A stretch of DNA of 64,000 nt from Octopus sinensis (Eukaryota), in NCBI RefSeq assembly GCF_006345805.1, contig NC_043007.1:46128001-46192000 (forward strand), given 5' to 3'. The notes beneath the pieces were generated by a model, which searched no databases, was not told where the DNA came from, and was given only the letters and a program-made list of their open reading frames with translations. Every line of letters starts with the position of its first letter. The first letter of the stretch is position 1. A program made the translations under genes and the position numbers. Shown here one piece after another: positions 27,520 to 41,330 of this stretch.

Positions 27520-28250
27520 GTATTGATTCAGAAATCTGCTTTATTGGGAACAGCAAGTATTGTGAGGAAACTTGCTGTAAAACGGTAGAAAGGACAGTGG
27601 TTCTGAATGTAAAATATTTGTGCACACAATGAATAAGAGAAATAAGAGTATTGAAAACCTAATCAACGCTGCCCAGGACCAGGTATCGAATACCAACACA
27701 GTGAAAAAGAATATATACTACACAAGTGTATCGGTCCTCTGCAGAATGTGTAGGAAGAGGGTCGAATGTGTGATTCACATTGTTAGTGTTCGTGAAAGTC
27801 TTGCGCAGAAAGAACACAAGCTTAGATACAGCAAAGTTGTCCAAAACCTCCACGGGCTACTATGCCGTAAGTATGGATATGAGGTTACGGGCGCTTGGTA
27901 CCATTATACACCGGAAAGTTATTGGACGAAAAGGGGACCGCAAAAAAGCAATGGGACTTTGATTTCAGACAAATTATTAGATCACCGTAGGCCTGATGTA
28001 GTAAATTTTAGGAGGGAAAGTTGATAAATATGGAGACCTGGGAATTGAGATCGCTAAGATGTGGCAACCACAAGAGTTGAACATGAAGTTTATCCTTATT
28101 GTCATCGGAGTTTTGAGTTCAATACCACCCAATCTGAAAAAAAAAACACTTCAATACCTTAAAGATACCTTACAATCTAGATGTATTGCAAAATTCGGCA
28201 TTACTCCAGAAAACCGTGTTATTAGGGGCAGCTAGGATAATAAGAATGGT
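27520..28250 (+). mobile_element. R4/Dong-clade LINE fragments (CCHC finger plus restriction-like endonuclease)
   Basis: ENLINAAQDQVSNTN...LCRMCRKRVECVIHIVS...LAQKEHKLRYSKV...LHGLLCRKYG...HRRPDVV, then KYGDLGIEIAKMW...IVIGVL. An upstream piece reads IQKSALLGTASIVRKLAV*. Flanked by (TAA)n and (GAT)n. Confidence 0.85.
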
Positions 28251-28343
28251 TCTTGGCATCTAAGATTACTTGCTGAAGCTCAACGTTAGGATTTGTTTTG
28301 TTTTCAAACAGTCTAATCTGTTGTGTATATATGAAAGCAATAA

Positions 28344-28351
28344 TGATGATT

Positions 28352-28416
<65 letters not shown>

Positions 28417-28482
28417 GATGATGATGATGACGACGACGATGATGATGATGATGTTGATGATGATGAGAATGAGAAAGATGAC
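28344..28482. repeat. (GAT)n microsatellite
   Basis: Direct reading. Confidence 0.95.
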
Positions 28483-29823
28483 TAAATAATAATTATCATA
28501 TTAACCATATTCAAAATGAATGAACTAACGTTATCAATTGCAATAGCATTATAAGGCCAGATAGGTGAACATTATGTTATTGTCGAATGAAATCGTGTTG
28601 TCCTTTCAACAATAAATGTCATCTTGAATGCATAATTCATAAATGCTCAGTCAACATTCATCAAAATGCGTACGAATATATACGTGCTACTACTAAATTT
28701 GAATAAAGATATTATAACAACATTTCTTCCTTCAAATAAGTAGGAAATCCTAATTATACATCTCTTGGCTATTATATGGGAGTCGGAAGATAAAATTATT
28801 GAATGTATACTATCTTTTTTTTATAATAAGAAATGCAACAACCTATAAAGCCGGTGGTAAGTTTTTCAACTAATGTCTATTAGAAAGTATAGAAATATCA
28901 AACTGTAAAACAGCTGATACCTACATAAAAAAAATTTAGCACATTCAAATAATTCCAAAATACCACCATAAAATTGTTAGAATAATATATAACTTACTCT
29001 GTTTGCTATCTATCCCATTGCTATGATAAATATTATCAATATTGTTAGTGTAGGAACGTGTATAAGTGTCTGTATATTTGTAAATATGTCTATGAGGGTT
29101 TCTTTAAATGTGTATACATAGGCTTATGTAGGGGCAAATGCATGTATAAGTGTGCACGCGAGTGTGTGTATGTGAATGTGTTTGTATGTGTATGTATATA
29201 TGTATGAATGTGTGTATATGTGTGTGTCTGTATATATGTACTTGTATTTCTGTATAGACTCAAGCACGTTTCTTGCCATTGTTTGTATACATACTTACGC
29301 GCATCAGAATTGACGCATACATATACATATATTATGTTTCTAACATATTTTAACTTCTCAAGAAATATTCTCTACGGTAACTGTGGATAACATAATTCTG
29401 CCTTATAGTCGGAGGTGTAAAAACACCATAACCTGCTGGAAGCGCGTCGGGTAATTCTCTAGAAAGAAGCACTTGGCAGATATGTTGTTTTCTATACGTT
29501 GTACCATTAGAGAGAATTTTTGTGCTAAGTAAATCAGAGAACTTGACTTTAAACGATAAATTATGTCACAAAGTTACTTTCATTAAATCATCTTCGTTCA
29601 TTCCTCATCAATGTTTAAAACTGATATTGCTGCATCTGTTCCATCCACGAACCCAACTCAGTCACTGATATTGACTGTTCTGCGATAAAATTTCCGCTTT
29701 CGAATCAACCCACCGTTATCCTTCTTCGACATCTCCTACCGAGAAAAGTTAAAGAGTCACACAAACACGGCTGGGACATGGTTAGAGAGAAACATTGAGC
29801 ATGTGTAGTGTTTTAAAACATTT

Positions 29824-29911
<88 letters not shown>

Positions 29912-31009
29912 TGTAATTATTGTGTTTTTATACATTTCTACTTCTACCATCTGGAAAATTATTTCTACGGTAACTGCAGCGGATCTGTCTTTCAGCAGTT
30001 GAAATATGTTACAAATATTCTTATAGTTTTTCGGTAGTATCTGAATGAATCGGCATTTTCAAGCGTGTTGGAAATTGTTTTTTTTTCGTCCATGCTCCCT
30101 TAATATAATCATATACACACATGTACATAATTATTCATCTAGTGGATAAATCACCCATAAATTTTTATTGTATGCTGACTATCTGATAAAAATCTTTAAC
30201 GCGACTTTACCCTTATATTCTAGTATGAATTAATGAAAACAAAAAAAATAATATTATTTTTACTCCTGATCGGAAAAGCATTTTATACGGAGCTCTTTTA
30301 ATAATATACACGTGTTTGTCGTGAAAAGGTTTTAATCTGATTTACCCTTGATCTATACGGGCATATATTTTTATGTGGACGTGCGAATCTGTTTTGTACG
30401 GGTATGTATAATTGTTTGTATTTATATTTCTCGTGTATTGTATTGACGAAAGAGAAAGGCTGTTTTACGGCTTTAATCTAGAATTTGGACCTAATTAGCA
30501 ATTAATGTGAAATCTTTTAAATTTGTTTTCACTCGCTCGCCTACAATCTGTGTATATTTTTGTAGTTTTTCGGTAGTTGCTAAATGCCTCACCATTTTTA
30601 AGCATATTGGAGGTAGGTCGTATTTTTGTTCTTCCTCCCTTAATATAATTATATACATATTTATATGATTATTAGTTTAATGTATAAATTACTTATGAAT
30701 TGTTATTGCATGCTGACTGCCTGATAAAAATCTTTTATACGATTTTATCTTATATTGTATGAATAGATGTTTAATACATATATGTGTGTGTGCACAAGCA
30801 CATAAATGCAAAACAAGGGGCAAAAAAAAAAAAAAATTAGTATTCGAATACCGAAGGTAGTGTAATATACTTTTATTATTAAAGTTGCAAAACATCACAA
30901 AAAACTGTAACACAGAGTTTCACGAAACCGTTCTTTAGACAATTGTGATAAAGACTGCAATAAAAATTTTATTCCAGTTTTTTTATGGTAAAATTTTGAC
31001 CTGACTTAA

Positions 31010-32050
31010 ATGAAACAAAAAACAACCGCAATCACTAAACAAGTTACTCACCAGCGCCAAATTACCCACCAAAAATATAACCCCACCTGTCAAAAAGTGT
31101 AACCTCCCTAACTGCGGAACTACATTTTCCTCTTAGAGAGCTCATCATACAAACTTAAGTCAGGTCAAAATTTTACCATAAAAAAATCACTTCACCTATA
31201 CTTCGAAGAACTTAATCTATGTTTTCAAATGTGGAGGGTGTAGTGGAGAATACATAGGTGAAACTAGTTTAACTTTGGGGGAGAGACTAATGGTTCATAG
31301 GCAAAAAATCCGGGACCCCACGTCTAGGAAAATTCCCGTAAGCAAACGGTTATACCAATGTCCCGTAGACATGAACCAAATTTACAAAATCTTCCCAGTC
31401 TATCAATGCACCGGAAATACTTCAACCCAATTCTGTTTAAATAAGGAAAGCATATTCATAAAAAAATGTAATCCACAACTGAATATCCTTTCGAAAGAAG
31501 AAAAACACTAAAGAGAAAATGGAAAAAAGACTCAATTTCTCCACGTAAAACAACCAGGAAAAACAAACAATTTTTAAAAACTCTAGTAACAGCCTTCCAC
31601 CCGGGTTTCGAAACCGTAACTCAAAATCACCATACAAACACAAGTTGCCGACGTCACCTATCTCTAGACCAATGAAAATTCACAAATACTAGTTGTTGAC
31701 GTCACCTAACTCTAGACCAATCAAAACCGAACTTCAGCAATTGAAATACAATGATTCTTTAATTCAATCAACCAGCCGGAAAGTCTCATGACCGTTCCCC
31801 GCAGGGAAGCCAACCAGGTAGAACGACAAAACCTAAAAATGTAAAACATAAAAAGAAGACGTCACCAGTATTTTAACGAATAAAATATCAGACCCGCTCG
31901 TGGAAAAATTATAAATACACCGGATTCCAATACACACAGCTACAAGCGATAGTTGAGTATGACTGAATCTTTGATGATATTCATTTCTTGTCGATCACTA
32001 GTAACACTAATGAGCTTTGTACATTCAAAACAATTCATGCACAGTTTTAA
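31010..32050 (+). mobile_element. Penelope-like element 3' part: GIY-YIG endonuclease plus 3' UTR/pLTR
   Basis: KQPQSLNKLLTSAKLP...VKKCNLPNCGT, then SSYKLKSGQNFTIK, then an open frame FTYTSKNLIYVFKCGGCSGEYIGETSLTLGERLMVHRQKIRDP...KESIFIKKCNPQLN (LIY...YIGET). Confidence 0.85.
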
Positions 32051-32369
32051 TATTATTGACTGTTATGAACATTTAAACTTGTCAACGTTGAAATTTCTTC
32101 TAATTCATATTTCTAAATTTGTCTGTTATGAACATTTAATTTGTCAACATTGAAGCTTTCAAAGATGTTTTCTAATTCATAATTTAAAATTTCTACCATC
32201 GATAAGCAAAAATATTGTTAAAACCAGTTTGGTATGTATGTAAATAAATTTATTTTCAACAATTACAAGTTTTTCAAATTTAGGTGCATTTTCAACAACA
32301 AATTTGCCTTCATGGAAATAGACCCCCTCTTTTGTTTCATATATATATAGGTTTTATCTCTATTTTCAG

Positions 32370-32730
32370 TTCTTAGTCCTACAGTCATGCTGATGTACCA
32401 TCTTTATCGATTTTAGTCGAACGATTCGACCCCAGTGGTTATTATATTTTCTAAATACTGCTATATATTTTATCATTCTCTTTTGCCAAACCTATCCAAT
32501 ACCGGTCCTCAAGCGGTGGTGGTGGACAAATACATACACATAGACACACACACACTCATACACAGACACGCACACACACAGGCACACACACAAATATAGA
32601 TAGAACGGGTTTCCTTCAATTTCCACCTTCCAAACACACTCAAAATATTTAGTCTGGCCGAGGCCATTATAGAAGACACTTACTCAAGATACCGCACAGT
32701 GGGACTGAGGCAGGAACCATATGGTTGGGA
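32370..32730 (-). mobile_element. SINE family A
   Basis: Reverse complement contains ttcccaaccatatggttcctgcctcagtcccactgtgcggtatcttgagtaagtgtcttctataatggcctcggccagac and the downstream tail. Confidence 0.8.
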
Positions 32731-35700
32731 ATTCTATTGATAGAGATTGGTAAATCCGCAGCTTGCGTATAAGAAAAATGTGTGTAATGCTGAGAATTAC
32801 CATAGAGTCTAGAACCACTTCGTTTCCAAGCGAATTACAAAGCAGCACGTGTATCCCTTTAGATATGTTTATTGTAGCATAGACAACCTGGAACGTTTGA
32901 GTTTTGTTAGACATTGTTATAATAGGGGAAATAACTTTAAATCAAATAAGTCCAAATGTCTAAAATTCATTCATCCAGTGCACAACCCTAAAATGTTTCT
33001 CTTTTCGTTCTTTGCTTGGTATGTATAGCGCTTTCAGTGGAAATTAGCTGAGAAACCCCTTGTGATAATCAGATAAACTTTGATAAACTTGTTCTCGTGG
33101 AAGACGTAGCAGATCTATACGTGACATTTATATTGATGAATTAGTACATGCAAATAACATATTTGCTGCTTTTATGATACTGAAGCATTACTACCATACA
33201 TAATCGAATAGTGTTAGCTCATAAATCACTTATCATAGAATACAGATGGATGCCAGTTCGTATGTAAGTATTACATGCAGGAGACAGATCATAAGTAGTC
33301 ATTCTGCTAAAGAGAGTAATAACGATGGCACATGGTTTATACATAAAAAATTTACAATTCATGGAAGCAAATAATTGTCACCATGCCTAATAATGGATAG
33401 GCTATACTTGGATACACGCTACATTATTCTACCCAAATGATCTACACACAGTAACATGCACATCGAATTCTACCCGTACCACAAGTTGATTTTCGATGTA
33501 TTAAGGCGTAATTCTTTTTAATGCTTATAACAGCCTGTGATTTGTTTCTGTGACGGAACTAAGATACTTTTCATATACTTTGAAAAAATAAGAGAATCTA
33601 AGGAGATTTGGAAAATGAAGTATCTTTAAAGAGCACCACTCAAGTATAACTTTCGGCATTTAGCCCCATACACTTTAAGGAGCTTGGCTGCATCAAGGTC
33701 TTAAGTCCTAGACACGCCACTGCTGTCACAATCTTTGCCACTGTCTACATTGTAACATCACTGTGTGTTTAATATGTATCACATCGTAAAGACCTTGTTG
33801 TTTTAACCAACTCATTAGGGACATCAGTTAACTGTAGCATAATTATAATTGAAAGCGGGCAGATATCATTTCTGTGATGATGTAGTGAATGCTTGACATT
33901 TTAAATACCAAAATACACTGACTTAACGTTTCATATGCTTCACTGCCTTATATATTAGCTTATATGATCTGACTGTCTCCAAGAGATATGAACTGCTGGA
34001 TACGTCGTTTCAGGTGAAGTTATATTCTATTCTATAGTAACTGATTGTCACTAGATTTGGCCGACCCTGGCAGGATCATATTGTTGAGCTCGATGTTATT
34101 TGAACACATAGTCATAATATTGTTCATTCAGAAATTTGAGGAAAAAACGAAAGCAAGTACATATATACATGGCAATAAATATCATGAATTAAATGTCTAC
34201 AAATAAATTTTTATAATTATTATAATGTTCAAATGATGTTTACTAGAAATAAAAAAAAGTTGGAGAAGACGTTATAAATTACAGTCGCCAAGATGGATAG
34301 AGTAGATCAGGATTCGTGCTGTTGTTAGCTAAACTGTTAGCGGAAGCAGAATATGACTACTGTGGGCCTCTATAAAACTAATGGATTCTTTAAGGCAATG
34401 AAGCTTCAAATTCTCACAACAAATGCCATTACAAACGTATACAGTTTATTATATGTAAATTTAGTAGAATGGAATGCACTCTAATCGCTTTTCTATCTTT
34501 CTTGCTATAATTCTGTATATAGATGTACACAAATACATAAAAACATATACATTCACACACATAAATATTCATTTAATGAGCATTAAATTTTTATCTTGTC
34601 AGAATATTGATGATTATGTGGATGGAAATAACATTTTTGTAATGGCTTATTGATTTATGAAATAGCCTAGAGAAATCGTGCAAATAGGATGTTAAAGCGT
34701 TGCTTCATTAGCCATGGTGGAAATTGTGTATGTGGGGTGTGGGCCATGTTAGTTAAACATCTGTGCATTAACAATTTTGACATAGCCATAAGAAACACAT
34801 ATGGGTTGGGGGTTTGAAATTGTATTTAAATTCATCGATCAGGTACTGGCTTCTAGATTATTCTATCGATCTTGTAAGAAGGAAATGTAAAAATCGACAG
34901 CAGTGAGATTTCAAATCGAACGCAGTGCATTTTTGATAATTATCTTATTGACATTTTAATAAAGAAAGCCTGGGGTAGGTAAAGCTGTGAATAGGCCGAC
35001 TGAAACTAGATAATATAACGATTACCCATATGAATTTTTACTTTAAAAATATCAGCTTCGCAAACAACATGCTTCCGTCTCTAATTACCTTAAAACGTTT
35101 CTACCAAATAATCTTCAACCATATATTATTAATTAATATTTGGTAATCGGAATGCGCATTAGCGCACGTTGGAGTGACCATTTTGGTTGTTTGCTGGAAC
35201 ATATGCCATGTCAACCTGTAATAAACGAGCACTGGTACATAGGGTAATCAGCAGCGTTCACTATATTGCACACATTGGAGACTCTTCATCGGTTGAGAAT
35301 AATCGATTCAATTTATTCCATATATCATTTTGAAGCTTTGAGAAAATTTAAAGATGCTGCTTCCTTTTATTATTGACTCTTCCTAGCAAGATTTATTCGA
35401 CCTTGATTATATTTGAACACACGATTCGTATTGCAAAATTACAAACTGAAACAATCAAACCCAATCATAGAACGAGTAAATTTTTACGCAGCAATTTGTT
35501 TTGTAAAGTCAATGAATTGTATGAATATACAGGCAATGGCTTAATTATTTAAAAGCAATTATCTCCTACCGGTTTTGTATAGATATATCTAATTGCAGTC
35601 ACCAACATATCGAGTAATGTTTTATGTATACACGCAATATAAACGCAACGCGTTGATGGAACGCGGAGTGAATTTCAGAATCTCCTAGTCCTATTTAGTG

Positions 35701-37009
35701 CTTACATCAACCATCTACGTGAATGTAACACTAAGTAGGTAACACTTTACGTTGGATTTTTTTCGTTGTAAAATATTTAAAATGCATTCTATGTACAAAA
35801 ATACACATACGCATACACATATGGACATATACATACAGACACACACATGCTTGCAACGCACATATAGCTTGTACTTTCTCTTTCACTCTCTCATACGTGA
35901 TAAAGATGTAAATGTTTTCTTGTAATGTTGTCAATTAACTGTAACAACTTTATTTTGTTTGAGGATAAATAAAAGCCAAAAAAATTGTTTTCGTATCTTG
36001 TCTAAATCTCAGAACCACAAACTTGGCATTATACATACACTCACATATATGAACGCATGTGTGTATATACATGAGTGTAAGTGTATATGTGTGTGTTTGT
36101 GCGGTCGTGTGTGATCGCATGTATGTATGGGTGTGTGTACGTATGTGTGAACGAAGTGGACAGTCTGGATTTATGTTCTCCTACACTCCACTTTGAATTC
36201 AGATCCTAGCGAAACCAACGGAAAATCTGAAGAATTTTCCCACATTGAGAATGATGCGTTGTCAGTAAACTAATCACAATTACACGTTTTGTAATAGGGT
36301 CATTCTTTGTCAGAATTTAGAGCATATTTCCGATTTCTAAATGCGTTTATTTTTGTTTCAAATAGGGATGGATCTCGTAAGACATTTTAATCGGGTTTTA
36401 GGTCTTAGTTCCCCTAATCACCATTTCAATGTTACATGAGGAGTATGCCTCATCACCAATACATCACATAATTGGCAGTCTTCTGGATAACACTTGGAAA
36501 CACGTTAAGTGTTACCTTAGATGATTTCTCTCCTACACAAAACAAAATCAATCACAACTATAGACAATAATAATCGATATCAAGCACACAATAACCAGCT
36601 CTGTACAATAATAGGATTAATGCATTTCAACATGCTTCGCTCTACATGTGCCATCTAGTGTTGACACAGATTTGAGTTAAAGATACAAAGTCTTTGAGAA
36701 TGTCTTCATTTCGTAATTATAATAATACTAAGTTAAACAGTAGGTTGCAAATCCGATCTCATTCAACCGGTATGTCTATGGGAGTGTGTTCAGGTAGATT
36801 GCAGTCCATAGTTCCTACGGAATGGAAAATTACCATTCAAGCATTCTAGAAACATTCTGAGTTCAATGCATGAATCCTGTTCCTAGAACACTCGAATGTG
36901 AAATAATTTATAGCTCACAGTTTTCCTGCTAGTTATGATCACTGTTTCTTTAAAAGCAAGGATAACGAGTCCTTTGCAAATACTATTGTCAGCTTCCTTC
37001 ATTGTAATA

Positions 37010-37110
37010 TTTTCACCGTTGTGCGTCTTAAAGTTCTGCGTTCAAATTCAGCCGAGGTCGTCGTTGACTTTCATGCTTTGGGGAAGATAATATAAGTATA
37101 ATTTCAGCAT
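37010..37110 (+). mobile_element. SINE family B fragment
   Basis: gttctgcgttcaaattcagccgaggtcgtcgttgactttcatgctttggg. Confidence 0.6.
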
Positions 37111-37779
37111 TAGAGTTGATTTAACTGAACTATCCACAAACCCAAAAGAGTTAGGCTTGTGACAAATTTTGAAAGTAATATATTTTCCGTGTTCCTATTT
37201 AAATTTTATTTATTATATTGTATTAGTTCTTATATTCTCATCAAATTCCTCCGAATTTATTGCCATCGTTTCTTTTACCACATCATTTATTACCTTCTAG
37301 AATTATCGGAAACGTTTACCAATCACTTTATTGCCGTTATGTATTTGTATTTACTAATAGAAATACGGATATGTATATATATGTGTATATATATATATAC
37401 ATATATGTATACATTTACCTTATATGTATACAAACACATATACATACACACACACACATATATATATATATATATGCATATATGTATACCTATATAAATA
37501 TACGTATACATATACACATACGTATATACATATATACATATTTATATACATAAATATATAAATATGTATATTCGTAGATACATATATGTGTGTGCGCGTG
37601 CGCGTGTTTGTGTGTGAGCGTGTGTGTGTGCGCCTGTCTGTGTGTGCAAACATTTCATGACATTGCTATCTCTCGCCCATTATTTGAGCTGCTTTCGCAT
37701 ATGAAAAAATGCAGTACTCAATATATATATTACTACTTTATTTACATACTAAAGCGTGTAAGATTGGGGCTATTAAAGG

Positions 37780-38600
37780 ACGAAATTTTAGATCCCAAAT
37801 GTGGTGTTGTAGAACAGGAGATTTTACTGGAGTATTTATGAAAGATATGGTGTTATTTATGTTTTGGTGAAAAGTCAGAAATTAGGATTTTGAAAAATAC
37901 CTTGAGTAATGATTTACTCTGATGTAAGAATGGTGGAGCAAACCACAAGAACTGCTTTCGACTTATGGAGCGCTTACAACAGAGCATGTAATATGTAGAC
38001 CTACCTAGGGAAATTTGAAGTAAATTAACCTTCGACGCGGCCAGAAAATATGCAAGTACAGGGAATAGGGAAATTCATTCGTGGTTTGATGAGGTTTGGA
38101 TTGGTAGAGGTAAACCTAGAGGAGCCAAGATTCGCATTGGAAAAGATAATGCGCGGATTTTGATTTTTAATTTAGTATTGGGTGTAAAAAAGATTTTCTT
38201 GTGGGGGACCGTAATCTACAGAGTCTGTTTATAGTACGGCGTATGGATTTTTAAAATATCCTCATTAGTTGATATTTTAGAAATCCTAATGGTAAAACCA
38301 GTGACGATGATATTAAGACTAAATGCAGGGTGGTTGAATAAGACGTTGCTATGTTGTAGTAACTCACTCGATTTATGGTAAGGGTAAGTTAAGAGTGACA
38401 TCTAACAAGTTAGCTCTTTTGGTGTTGTTTTCAAATGAGATGGAAATGTTATAATTTTTAACGAATCTATGGAAAGCCTCCGAGATACAGTCTTCATTGT
38501 TAGCTCACTTGATTTATATCCTATTACAGAGCGTAGAATGTAGGCACAATATGAATCCTGAAAACTACTACTACTTTCCAGTAAATCACACTTGATCATT
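37780..38600 (-). mobile_element. Penelope-like element fragment (RT C-terminus and linker)
   Basis: Minus strand gives YPYHKSSELLQHSNVLFNHP...IRISKISTNEDI...PYYKQTL and FLWFAPPF...KVFFKILISDFSPKHK*HHIFHKYSSKISCST (cf. WFNPPF...F...H.IFN..T.K.SYS). Confidence 0.75.
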
Positions 38601-39261
38601 TTCCAATGCCATTTATTGCCATATGTAATTTACACAACAATAACGTGCAAGGATTTACATCAACTACAGAAGGATTGAACAAAATAAAAAGTGATCTAAT
38701 ACATTTGTATTAATACATCTACTAGTTTTGAGTGTCCATTAACAATAAATTAAAAGAAAATAACAATTATATCTTAATATTTGATTAAAAATAATGGAAA
38801 TATTTCTTAATATAAGGGCATGTACATATAATAATGTTCTTATTGTCTACTGACATTTTCATTGGTGAAAAGTTGTCAATAAAACGACATTCCCAGAGTA
38901 ACATTTAAAGTGTCATGCCTAATTAGTATTCCTTTATCACACAACGGACACTATTGTACGAAAATCACACATACTTAATGTTGAGATAAATAAATAACAT
39001 GTATATTTCGAATATGTCATTTGCTAGCCGGATTTGTCCTATTGCCACCAACAGGAACATGGGTGTATAAATAATAAGTTTCAAACCAGTAAATCTATAG
39101 TGTGTATCCGTAACATATGTTGTTTCTCTCACATTCGATATTGTTTATATTAATCCAGTGTAAGAGCCGCGATGCAGAATGGATTCAGTAGAGCCGTGAA
39201 TTTAAAAATTATGACAGTTCCTGTGTGTGTTCCTATGTTCCTATGAATACATGATAATGCC

Positions 39262-39319
<58 letters not shown>

Positions 39320-40040
39320 ATATATATGCATGTATGTTTGTATGTATGTATGTATATATAAGTGCGTAAATTTGCTGATAACTTTATACGATGTATCTAT
39401 ATGTACAAGTATATCAGTTGCTCATGAGGGCCTACTAATTCTCTAAAGACATTGTATACTGATATTTATAATTATATTCATGCTTTAATACTTTGAAATC
39501 TTCTGCCGATTGCATCCTCAACGTTTATTATCAGTTTTCCTTTCGTTTACTATATGGCCTTTAATGAGGAATGCCATCATTTATTCGTTTTCTATCTTAA
39601 CAGCTGTTATACCTATAATGATGAACATATTAAACATATTCATGGACGGAGATGAAAGAAAAATTACACCCTAAAAGAAATTCCTGTATAGTTAAGTAAG
39701 AAAACAGAGACTTGTGCAGCAGCGATGAGGTTTTAGTACAACTACAGTTATAACTAGTAAAATTGAGGAATCATTCAAAGATAGGGATTCTTCTCAGCTA
39801 CCATTCCAATAGCTGAAAATCGAAAGCAAATCTACGTTGAATAGAGGCGCACGGTAGATTATAGTGAATCGCATTAATCGATACGCCAAAGCATTTCACC
39901 CACGAAATCCACCTTTCGAAAATATACTCCCAGTTCATGTCTTTTGTGCATTTGTTGACTAGAAAAAATTAATTTAAACAGAACAATAGTAGCATGAAGC
40001 TCACTTATCTCGGAAAACTTCCCAGTTTCAAGAATACTCA

Positions 40041-40120
<80 letters not shown>

Positions 40121-40509
40121 AATTAAGAAATGGTATTAAATGCAGGTGTTATTCATATCTTTGTAATTCCCACACATGTTTCGAAGAAAACATTGGTATT
40201 ATTCCTGAGGGAATAAAATGATGTAAAATAATGTAATCATCTCGCCAGGAAAAAAGGGAAACAAAACACATCTAAAAGACATTTTAACCGAATGTGATTA
40301 CTGCGTACGTGATGACGAGAACGCTGGCAAGTTATTTAAAAAAAAAACGTTAATAGATTTAATGTCAAATGCAATTTATAGGAAGAGAACTAGAATAAAG
40401 AAAGAAATGTACAGAAAATTAAGATTGACTAAAAATAGTGCGATACATGAGTGGGAATATAGCTTAATTGCGTGTAAATAGATATATGTAGTGGAAATGT
40501 AATGTAAGA

Positions 40510-40730
40510 AATCAGTCTAGAGTTGAATTTTATAGATTGGTAGAAAATATTTATAGGAACTAAAGGTATGTTTTTGCCAGTGTTTGCAACGATAAACGGA
40601 TTCTTTAAACATGTTTACAAAAGAATCCTTCGAGAACAGAATGAGGTACTGTTCTTTGGTACAGAGGGGACAAAAGGATTTACCTTTATGATATGGAAAG
40701 GATCTAGATAGAATATTCCATTCCAAACCA
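40510..40730 (-). mobile_element. Penelope-like element, endonuclease C-terminus
   Basis: EWNILSRSFPYHKGKSFCPLCTKEQYLILFS...CKHWQKHTF matches PLE W.IL....PY......C.LC..EK..I......C.H. Confidence 0.7.
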
Positions 40731-41109
40731 ATTTGTTTATTATATTCATTTAGAGACCAAATATATTTACTAAGCCCAGTATTGTTGCGTTTATTGATAT
40801 GTCAAAATGTATAGTAATGGCTTGTTGATGTGTTTTGTTTCTTTTTTCTCCCTGACAAGATGATTACATTGTTTTACCTCCTTTTATTCACTCAAGAATG
40901 ATACCAATATTTTCTTCAAAACATATGTTGGAAGTATAAATATTTGAATAATACCTGCGTTTAACTCCCTTTATTAATTGATATATGTTATCTAAAAGTA
41001 TTTCACTAAACTTTGGAACTTATACCTCGATAGCTAGGCTGTAACATTCTTAACACTTCTGTGGATTATATTTATATATGTGTGTGTGTGTGCGCGCGTG
41101 TGTGTATCT

Positions 41110-41330
41110 ACGTGTGTGTGTCTTTGTGCCAGTGTTTTTCTCCACGCCACTGCTTGACGACCGGTGTTGGTGTGTTTAGGACCCCGTAACATAGTATATC
41201 AGCAGGAGTACCGATAGAATATGTACTAAGCTTAAAATAAATGTCTTTGGATCGATTTGTTCGACTAAAAACCCCAGCATGGCCGAAGTCAAATGACTGA
41301 AACACACGTAAAAGAATAAAATAAAAGAAT
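41110..41330 (+). mobile_element. SINE family A, 3' half
   Basis: cactgcttgacgaccggtgttggtgtgtttaggaccccgtaac...cagcatggccgaagtcaaatgactgaaaca. Confidence 0.8.

Noticed and set aside
29590-29760. Acceptor-like site and purine-rich minus-strand segment
   Set aside because: All three frames hit stops within about 25 codons.
30978-31186. 210-bp MITE with perfect 32-bp TIRs
   Set aside because: The interior and the right repeat translate as continuous PLE protein. The left repeat is better explained as an inverted 5'-junction copy.
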